Below, piece by piece: positions 25,625 to 32,000 of a DNA stretch of 32,000 nt (position 1 is the first letter of the stretch; every line of letters starts with the position of its first letter). Made by a program: the position numbers and the translations under genes. The notes beneath the pieces are model-generated. The model did not search any database and was not told the origin of the DNA. It saw nothing but the letters and a program-made list of their open reading frames with translations. Source of the stretch: Prochlorococcus sp. MIT 0801 (lineage in GTDB: Bacteria; Cyanobacteriota; Cyanobacteriia; PCC-6307; Cyanobiaceae); contig NZ_CP007754.1 in NCBI RefSeq assembly GCF_000757865.1, positions 1,080,001-1,112,000 of the forward strand, read 5' to 3'.

Positions 25625-26608
25625 ATGGAGGAAAGTATAAAGCTAAAACTCTTCAAGCTGCTCTTGGGTAAGCAAGGTGAGGAAGGTTTTTCTTTAATTG
25701 AACTTGTAGTTGTTGTGTCAGTGCTTGCAGTCCTGTCTGCGATTGCAATCCCCACGTTTAGCTGCTTTCAGAGAAAAGCTCAGGCGACTTCTGCACTGGC
25801 AGCAATGAAACAAATACAAACTGAGTGTGAAATTAATAAATCTGATACGGGTAGCGCAGGTACGTTTACTTTAAGTAATTTAAATTCTTATCAAATCCAA
25901 TCAGATGGATCTAATGGTTGTGGTGGAGCATCAGGAACTGGATTGATTAGTGCAATACCTACTGATACAAATATATTGCCTACTTTTATATTGGCTTCTA
26001 GTGGTAATGAATTAACTTATAGCTTTAAAAAACAGACTGGAAATAACTTTCAAGATTGCTTGGGAATGCTTTGCAATACTTTCAGAGGCCAACAAACAAG
26101 AGACTTTGTCCTTTCAGATCAATTTGAAGACATTGTTATTGAAGAAACCTATATAGAGCGAGGTTGTTCTGCTTATGCATGGGTTGGAGGTCCAAGCTGG
26201 CTAGAAGCTCAAGCAAATGCTAAAAAGCTTGGTGGCAATTTGGCAACGATTAACGATAAAGAAGAGAATGATTTTCTAATGAATATTTTCAATGAAGAGG
26301 GAAGGAAACATATACCCGTACAACAAGGTCATCTTAATTTACATATCGGTCTAACAAAGACTGTCGAAGCTGATGAGGGCGCACCATATGGTAATGGTTG
26401 GATCTCAGGGGAATCTTCACTCTATAGACCATCCACTTGGGGGGTTTGTAACAGTGAATGGTGTGGGATGGGAACTGATCCAGATGGAGATCATACTTCT
26501 TTTATTTTAGATCTTAATGATCAAAATCCATCAGCAAATTGGAATGATTTTCCTAATTGGCAAGGCGAAGGAGTGGGACTTGTAGAAATACCAATATGTA
26601 ATAACTAG
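25625..26608 (+). CDS. modular pilin: prepilin N-terminus + pilin module + C-type-lectin-like domain (variant B)
   Basis: Leader MEESIKLKLFKLLLGKQGEEG then FSLIELVVVV. The pilin module ends at DCLGMLC. The C-terminus reads CSAYAWVGGPSWLEAQANAKKLGGNLATINDKEENDFL...LHIGLTK...GNGWISGES...WNDFPNW...EIPICNN. Confidence 0.8.
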   Translation: MEESIKLKLFKLLLGKQGEEGFSLIELVVVVSVLAVLSAIAIPTFSCFQRKAQATSALAAMKQIQTECEINKSDTGSAGTFTLSNLNSYQIQSDGSNGCGGASGTGLISAIPTDTNILPTFILASSGNELTYSFKKQTGNNFQDCLGMLCNTFRGQQTRDFVLSDQFEDIVIEETYIERGCSAYAWVGGPSWLEAQANAKKLGGNLATINDKEENDFLMNIFNEEGRKHIPVQQGHLNLHIGLTKTVEADEGAPYGNGWISGESSLYRPSTWGVCNSEWCGMGTDPDGDHTSFILDLNDQNPSANWNDFPNWQGEGVGLVEIPICNN

Positions 26609-26815
26609 GTTCTTACTGGGGGTGTCATATGGGTCAGGTCATCCAAAGGGCGCGGATTCGGTCTAGCCTTTGGCCCTAATAGTTGTAGGCACTGGTTAAT
26701 TGCAGAAATAGCAGTAATACCAGTGGATTAGAGAGATTAAGAAATCTCCTATGGACAGCTAAAAATAGAGAAAGTGCATACTTTAAAAATGATTATTTAT
26801 TACCCCGTTAGCGTG

Positions 26816-27004
26816 CTATTGCAATATTAAACCTAAGTAATCTTTTAATTTTGGCTTTCCAATGGAATTTAAAAGGTGCTGATCTTTTCCCTTAACCTCA
26901 CATAGATAATCGTCTAACAATCCATCTCTTTTGAGTTTGTATAGCGTCGATCTACTCCTATAAGCAAACTTTTTGCTCGCTTGTGTATAAGTTAAGAGTG
27001 CCAT
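26816..27004 (-). CDS. putative small HTH DNA-binding protein (excisionase/AlpA-like)
   Basis: MALLTYTQASKKFAYRSRSTLYKLKRDGLL... resembles Xis/HTH_17-type N-termini. The call is by pattern only. Confidence 0.4.
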   Translation of the reverse strand: MALLTYTQASKKFAYRSRSTLYKLKRDGLLDDYLCEVKGKDQHLLNSIGKPKLKDYLGLILQ

Positions 27005-27145
27005 AATTGATAACCATTGGTTGACTAGTTAACTTAATTAAATTGTTTCTATCCCTCGCTAATTTGGATTTGTTAAGCAAAAATCTCCATACTTATCAGC
27101 GGTGACGCAAAATAAAAACCGCGGTGCGAATAAACCCGTAAAAGG

Positions 27146-27400
27146 TTTCTTTTAAAGGGACTCGTGCATAGTACGACTACCAACCGAACCCAGTCATGTC
27201 AGTAAAGAGTGCTTTATTCTCAGCTGATTCTGCAAGTCCAAGGAGTACTTCATATCTTGTTTCCGCTCCACTATTCAATTGGCCTAGCCAATAGTTTAAG
27301 CCTCCTGTATCAGCATCACGACCTAGAACATTCTGATAGAGAGTATTTAAATAGGTTGAATCGGTTACATCGTCTCCTTAACGTTATTTAAATTCAGCTC
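27146..27400 (-). pseudogene. truncated DUF4214 C-terminal fragment; right arm of the outer inverted repeat
   Basis: Inverted near-identical copy of 8311..8565 with two in-frame taa stops and no 5' part. Confidence 0.85.
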
Positions 27401-27453
27401 TACATAAATAGGAGAAGGAAAACACCACAAAAAGTTGAATAAAAAGTTAATTT

Positions 27454-27618
27454 CTAAGTGATCCTTCTATTAATTCTTTTTCTTAATTTCTTTAGTTGAA
27501 CATTGAATCTTAATTGCTTTATGTGATCAAGCTTTTCTGCTATATCAACAGGCATGGTCCTTACTGCCTTAACCAATGAGAAAGCATATCTATGAGTCTC
27601 TTTGGGAAAAGAATCCAT
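27454..27618 (-). CDS. small hypothetical protein (54 aa), third member of the MDS..HRYAF family
   Basis: MDSFPKETHRYAFSLVKAVRTMPVDIAEKLDHIKQLRFNVQLKKLRKRINRRIT. Same length as 207..371. The upstream ~45 nt are also shared with copy 1. Confidence 0.5.
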   Translation of the reverse strand: MDSFPKETHRYAFSLVKAVRTMPVDIAEKLDHIKQLRFNVQLKKLRKRINRRIT

Positions 27619-27960
27619 AGTCGAAGTAGGGACATATCAGCCACTCAAGCGAAAACGATAACCATTTGTCTATGAAGAAAATTACTTAAATTGCCAATCT
27701 CCTAGCAGTTACAGAGATCAGGGTGTTCACCTCTATCACAATGTATATGATGTGCTGATGGTATTATTCCGTCACAGGTATATTCCATTGCTGTTCCTGG
27801 CATCTTGAATCCGTCAGATAGAGTCCCACCACCACCAATAGTGCAGTCAGCAATGCGACTAAAGGATGAAAAAATAAATTACGCAAAAGTGTCGAAGCCT
27901 TTCCGCTCATAAAACACTTGCTCAAGCCATAGACCACCTCTTAACAGAAAATAGTAAAAA

Positions 27961-28150
27961 AGACTGGAAAGCTCTACCTGAACCGAACATCAGCTCAAGA
28001 AAATTTCCTTTTAGATTAAATTTTAGATTGATGGCGTACTAAGAAGCGTGATCAAATTAGATCAGAGGACAGTCGCCGAAATCCTGTCCTCTCTTCGCAA
28101 AGCTTTCTCACACAGTTTTAGTTAACCCTCCGCTGAGAGGGATTTCTTAT
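27961..28150. repeat. copy C of the structured non-coding element (inverted relative to A and B)
   Basis: ggaaagctctacctgaaccgaacatcag ... a perfect 9-bp hairpin agaggacag/ctgtcctct (28064-28092, 11-nt loop) ... a second hairpin ccctc/gaggg (28129-28144) followed by atttctt. Confidence 0.75.
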
Positions 28151-28281
28151 ATGAACTCCATTAATAAAGCAGCATTAGAAAAGAAGGCTTTTAAGTTTCT
28201 TCCATTTCTTATTCTGGGAAAAATTATATTTGCCGCTTGGTTTATTTCCTACTTGTTGCAACTCTAACTTTTGCCTAGTTT

Positions 28282-28402
28282 TCAAGCGATTGATCACCTT
28301 CTAACTGTTGTTGCTGAAACTCCATATATTCCAGCAATTGTTTTCCAGCTCCAGCCGTAAATTCTATATCTCTTGATTCTGTTTTTTTATATCCAATGCC
28401 AA
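28282..28402 (-). pseudogene. decayed copy of the small HTH gene
   Basis: LALDIKKT, then a frame break in an A7 run, then RIKRYRIYGWSWKTIAGIYGVSATTVRR* (tgg to tga). Confidence 0.7.
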
Positions 28403-28506
28403 AAAAATATCATAAGAGGAACCATGATCACAGCGCAAAGTCATACCCAAACACATGGAAAGGTATCATTAGTTTGAAAGAATGCATTTATGTCGAGTGA
28501 GGGTTC

Positions 28507-28929
28507 ATGCCCTGCGACTTCGACTTTCGGATTCTATTAATGAAAATAAAAACAATCCTAAAAACTGTTGGCTCTCTTCACTTGTTATTAGGTGTACTGC
28601 TAATAAACCTGTTGATCTTTTCTATTGATACCATTGCCACATCAGTCTCAGTAGAAACATTATTATTTATTAGAGGGACAGCAGATGTTGTTGCAGCAAC
28701 AAATATAGGTATTGGCTTCTTATTAATAATTTCTAGTTCCATCAGAGATCACGAATCTGCCAAGAAAGTTTTACTGGGTGAATTGGTATTAATGTCTTGC
28801 CTCTTAATAGTTGCAATATTCAATACTCTTAATGCAGGAGTTATTGTTGATGCTGGTCCACCTCCACCGTTTTGGGTTGTTCTAATTGCAAACCCAATTT
28901 TGTGTACTTATGGATTACTAAAAGGATAA
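28507..28929 (+). CDS. multi-pass membrane protein, hypothetical
   Basis: Four hydrophobic helices. A more likely start is ATG 28540 (MKIKTILK...). First gene of a tightly packed four-gene + strand block. Confidence 0.55.
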   Translation: MPCDFDFRILLMKIKTILKTVGSLHLLLGVLLINLLIFSIDTIATSVSVETLLFIRGTADVVAATNIGIGFLLIISSSIRDHESAKKVLLGELVLMSCLLIVAIFNTLNAGVIVDAGPPPPFWVVLIANPILCTYGLLKG

Positions 28930-28931
28930 TA

Positions 28932-29123
28932 ATGAACAACTTCTTCCTTAAGCCATTCAAAAAACTATCTAGAGGTAGACGTCTCAATATAAAACGTGTC
29001 ATCTTCTTTCCATTAATCGTCTATTCAGCCTATTTATTACTGGATAGTTTTATGCCTTTATTTATGGTGGGGTTTGTAATTTGGTTGCTATATAACTGGA
29101 CTGGTAAAAGGAGACTCTGGTGA
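28932..29123 (+). CDS. small membrane protein, hypothetical
   Basis: MNNFFLKPFKKLSRGRRLNIKRVIFFPLIVYSAYLLLDSFMPLFMVGFVIWLLYNW.... ATG lies 2 nt after the previous stop. The track start 28872 would overlap the upstream gene by 58 nt. Confidence 0.5.
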   Translation: MNNFFLKPFKKLSRGRRLNIKRVIFFPLIVYSAYLLLDSFMPLFMVGFVIWLLYNWTGKRRLW

Positions 29124-29512
29124 TGAACAGCTTGACTAATAAGAAGACACTAAAAGAAATTCTTGCAGCCTATGACAGACAGATCAGAAAAGATATGGGC
29201 TTTTGGATAAAGTATCGACCATCTCGTTGGGGAGATTTGCTACCTGAAAAATATATAAGACCTTTACTGACATTTATCAAGACGAAAGGTGGTAAGAAAT
29301 TTGTATTGATATTTGCTTTTCTTTTAAGCTTGGTATTTGTTGGAGTTATACCAACTTTAAATTTTATCTGGTCAAATATTTTCAGGATTTGGTGGATTCT
29401 CCTTATTATTCCATTGGTTTATTGGACATTAGCAATTACTTCCGTCTATTCAAAGGTGCTCGTTCAGGTTTTTTTTGATTTCTCACGAGCTGTTTTAAGA
29501 GAATTAAAATGA
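29120..29512 (+). CDS. membrane protein, hypothetical
   Basis: 130 aa with two or three TM helices. GTG track start overlapping the upstream TGA by 4 nt (GTGA); the first ATG is one codon in, at 29123. Confidence 0.5.
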   Translation: MMNSLTNKKTLKEILAAYDRQIRKDMGFWIKYRPSRWGDLLPEKYIRPLLTFIKTKGGKKFVLIFAFLLSLVFVGVIPTLNFIWSNIFRIWWILLIIPLVYWTLAITSVYSKVLVQVFFDFSRAVLRELK

Positions 29513-30060
29513 AACGCTTTTTACTCCTCGCCCTAAGCACTGGGCTTCTCTCACCTATTTCGGTAAAGGCTGAAATAAGTAATGAAATTCATAAACGCTG
29601 TCTCGATGCTAGAGATTATTCAGGCTGCGTAAGAACAAACCAGAGTTCAATTCATAAGCTCAAAAAAGAAATTACTGGTATAGGCGTTAATCTTTTCCTA
29701 AATACTGAAAATTCTGAAATAACAATACAATCAATTATTAATGGAACTCCTGCCTCTAATGCAGATATTGAATCAGGTGATGTAATTCTTGAGATAGATG
29801 GGAAGTCAACTAAAGGAATGGGCATAGAAGAAGCAATTGAATTAATAAAAGGACCAAAAAATAAGACAGTAAAATTAGTTCTTGAAAGAACAAACGAAAA
29901 AGGAAAAAGGAAAAAAATTAAAATTCGCTTGGTTAGAGATACTTTTGAAATTCCAAATAACGAATATCTGAATCAAATGAAGCTAAGAGAATGGTTTAAT
30001 CGAGAGTTACCATCAGACTTAGACCCGATGTTGCAGCAAAATGGAAAGTCATTGAGATAA
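29509..30060 (+). CDS. secreted PDZ-domain protein
   Basis: Signal peptide MKRFLLLALSTGLLSPISVKA. PDZ-like core IQSIINGTPASNADIESGDVILEIDGKSTKGMGIEEAIELIKGPKNKTVKLVLER. ATGA overlap with the upstream gene. Confidence 0.7.
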   Translation: MKRFLLLALSTGLLSPISVKAEISNEIHKRCLDARDYSGCVRTNQSSIHKLKKEITGIGVNLFLNTENSEITIQSIINGTPASNADIESGDVILEIDGKSTKGMGIEEAIELIKGPKNKTVKLVLERTNEKGKRKKIKIRLVRDTFEIPNNEYLNQMKLREWFNRELPSDLDPMLQQNGKSLR

Positions 30061-30152
30061 CAAGCTGTCATCAGGGCCCTTGGTTGACGGGATGATGTGG
30101 GTAATCTGAAAGGGAATTTGCTATCTAGCATCAACTTTCCATAAATAGACAA

Positions 30153-30686
30153 CTAAGGAATCCGTCCATGAGCCTGTAGCTCATCCTGAAATCCAAAAGC
30201 TAGTGGGCTGGTAAGACGATCAGGGAAAAGCACACCATCCAAGTGATCGTTTTCATGCTGAACGACTCGTGAATGGAAATCTAGCAACTCTTCTGTATGA
30301 AAAGCCCCTTCTAAATCTTGCCATTTCAGGTGAATACGTTGCCATCGCTCCACCTCACCACGCAAGTCAGGCACGCTGAGGCAACCTTCCCAACCAGAAC
30401 TTAATTCATCTCCAATTGATTTGATAACCGGATTGATCAGCGCACGTTCAGGTAAAGGATCAGCATCGGGGTATCGGGGGTTATGCCCCATACCGACAAC
30501 AAAAATCCTCCAAGGTTCATCGATCTGCGGTGCCGCTAGCCCTGCCCCAGAGCAAGCCAATTTTGTATCGAACAGGTCGTCTATCAGCTGCTGCAGACGT
30601 TGACTGCCGAACCAATCATCAGGAATCTCCGCCGCGCGTGTACGCAATGCAGGATGACCAATTCGAAGAACATTCCTAATAGCCAT
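30153..30686 (-). CDS. def: peptide deformylase
   Basis: All three catalytic motifs are present: GAGLAAPQ, EGCLSVP and QHENDHLDG. Markedly higher G+C than the flanks. Confidence 0.9.
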   Translation of the reverse strand: MAIRNVLRIGHPALRTRAAEIPDDWFGSQRLQQLIDDLFDTKLACSGAGLAAPQIDEPWRIFVVGMGHNPRYPDADPLPERALINPVIKSIGDELSSGWEGCLSVPDLRGEVERWQRIHLKWQDLEGAFHTEELLDFHSRVVQHENDHLDGVLFPDRLTSPLAFGFQDELQAHGRIP

Positions 30687-30847
30687 ATACCAATCATGCC
30701 GTAAGCAATAGCTTACCTTGACTCAGCACATGTAAAAGGTGTCATTAGTTTGAAAAATGCTTTTGTCAGAAGAGCCTGAAGAGATGGCCTTCTGTACTGA
30801 AACTTTAAGAGAAATATGCAATGGTGAGCTTGAACTGAAATAAATTA

Positions 30848-31234
30848 ATGTCATTCGGAGCTGAGACACCCTTTATTCTTCTTGCTCGTATTCAAGTTAA
30901 GCCAGATAAAGTTCAAGAATACTTATTACTTGCAGCTAAAACTGATAAGGCTGTTGAAGATTCAGAACCAGGAATGATTCACCATACTTTTGATCAAGAT
31001 CCTGAAGATCCTCTTTGTTTTGTTTGGTCCGAAGTTTATAAAAATGACGAGGCTTTCCTTGCTCATCTATCAAATCCACCTGTAGGAGAATATTTACAAG
31101 GTCATGCAGAACTTGGCAATAATTTCACTATGGAAGTTTATGGAACAGTTGGAGATAAATGTAAAGCAGCTATGGAAGCAACTGAATTGCCATTAAAAAT
31201 CTTTGAAAGCAAGCTTGGCTATAGCAGGGTCTAA
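30848..31234 (+). CDS. ABM (antibiotic-biosynthesis-monooxygenase-like / Dabb) domain protein
   Basis: ILLARIQVKPDKVQEYLLLAAKTDKAVEDSEPGMIHHTFDQDPEDPLCFVWSEVYKNDEAFLAHL fits the ferredoxin-like ABM pattern. Confidence 0.55.
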   Translation: MSFGAETPFILLARIQVKPDKVQEYLLLAAKTDKAVEDSEPGMIHHTFDQDPEDPLCFVWSEVYKNDEAFLAHLSNPPVGEYLQGHAELGNNFTMEVYGTVGDKCKAAMEATELPLKIFESKLGYSRV

Positions 31235-31238
31235 TTAA

Positions 31239-31502
31239 ATGGAAAAACTATTTATTGTATGTACTTTTGACTGCTCGTTTGAGTACTACGAAGAAACTAT
31301 AGAAAAGTTTGTCAAAGAATATGGAAATGGTGTTGTTATTGACTATGAGTTAAACAAAATCAATGAGCATAAATCACATTCTTTCTATAACGTCACAAGT
31401 TTAGAAGCTTTTGCAAAAATCCTCGATAATCCTTTCGCTAGGGAATGGGACAAAGCTAACAACTGCAAAGATATTGTTTATCGGCTAGAAGGGCCTTTAT
31501 AG
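31239..31502 (+). CDS. hypothetical protein
   Basis: 87-aa ORF starting 4 nt after the previous stop. No recognisable motif. Confidence 0.45.
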   Translation: MEKLFIVCTFDCSFEYYEETIEKFVKEYGNGVVIDYELNKINEHKSHSFYNVTSLEAFAKILDNPFAREWDKANNCKDIVYRLEGPL

Positions 31503-31509
31503 ATTCTTT

Positions 31510-31722
31510 TTGAAGTATAAGAATAAGTTTCCACTTAGTAGATATAATGAACAACCTTATAAAGATCACAACTATCAGATTACCAGCTGCGATTGGATTA
31601 GGACTCGCATGGGTAGGCGTTCGGATCATGAGCAACGAGAAGAAAACTTGCTACTAGCGAAATGGAACGACGACTTTTCTCCCTTCATTAAGTGTTCTAA
31701 ATACCCAATAAGTAGATATTAG
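31510..31722 (+). CDS. hypothetical protein
   Basis: 70-aa ORF with a TTG track start, basic and aromatic-rich. Weak support. Confidence 0.3.
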   Translation: MKYKNKFPLSRYNEQPYKDHNYQITSCDWIRTRMGRRSDHEQREENLLLAKWNDDFSPFIKCSKYPISRY

Positions 31723-31766
31723 TAAAATAAAAACAGCTAATAACAGGATTAATTATTGAGATAGAT

Positions 31767-31973
31767 TCATTTACCACCGTTACATTGAATAATCGCTACG
31801 ACTGCTGAATTATATTTCTGACCTAGCTTTTCCATACAATAAATTTCCGCTGTGGTTTTAATTGCTACTGGAACTTGAGTTATAGCTAAAAGCATCAGTG
31901 CAAATCCAGTCCCTGGTGCATGAATATTTAATTTAAAACCGCTCATCCATGTTCTCTTAGACATAGGTTTCAA
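31767..31973 (-). CDS. small hypothetical protein with hydrophobic N-terminal segment
   Basis: 68-aa ORF with a TTG track start and an ATG alternative at 31964. Hydrophobic stretch GFALMLLAITQVPVAI. Confidence 0.35.
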   Translation of the reverse strand: MKPMSKRTWMSGFKLNIHAPGTGFALMLLAITQVPVAIKTTAEIYCMEKLGQKYNSAVVAIIQCNGGK

Positions 31974-32000
31974 TCATTTACTCCTTGTTTATAGCTATCC

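Noticed and set aside
20511-26608. A diversity-generating retroelement might target the C-type-lectin pilins, since CTLD folds are classic DGR targets.
   Set aside because: The window has no reverse transcriptase ORF. There is no template-repeat copy of either lectin 3' end, and no adenine-specific mismatch pattern.

Overview
This is an AT-rich bacterial window, roughly one-third G+C by eye. The gene content includes ClpS, peptide deformylase, many tiny membrane ORFs, a TIGR02466-type 2OG oxygenase, a NodU-type carbamoyltransferase and GFSLIE-type pilins. That content looks most like a marine picocyanobacterium such as a low-GC Prochlorococcus; this is an inference I cannot verify here. The architecture is that of a heavily rearranged genomic island.

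The main item is a set of four pilin-like genes. All four share an unusual 21-aa Lys/Leu-rich leader and a G|FSLIEL prepilin processing site. Each carries a different C-terminal cargo domain: Excalibur plus staphylococcal-type nuclease, a PD40/TolB-like beta-propeller, and two different C-type-lectin-like domains. With them sits a single PilB/GspE-type ATPase that has a non-canonical N-terminal membrane region. No PilC, PilD or PilQ gene is present in the window.

Three of the pilin genes share a near-identical 5' module of about 450 nt. Two of these modules are in inverted orientation and include a 90-nt perfect match. One of the two has lost its promoter through a deletion of about 48 bp. 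This suggests cassette switching by recombination.

Between the pilin genes lies a minus-strand operon: TPR protein, then carbamoyltransferase, then a TPR-2OG-oxygenase fusion.

The region is bracketed by two nested pairs of inverted repeats. It also holds a decayed tyrosine recombinase, four copies (one intact) of a small HTH gene, a multi-copy structured non-coding element and many pseudogene fragments.

The right end carries a translationally coupled operon of membrane proteins plus a PDZ protein, and an intact peptide deformylase gene whose G+C (about 50% in counted lines) is far above its surroundings.

I found no rRNA, convincing tRNA or CRISPR array. All domain calls rest on motif recognition by eye; no database search was run.
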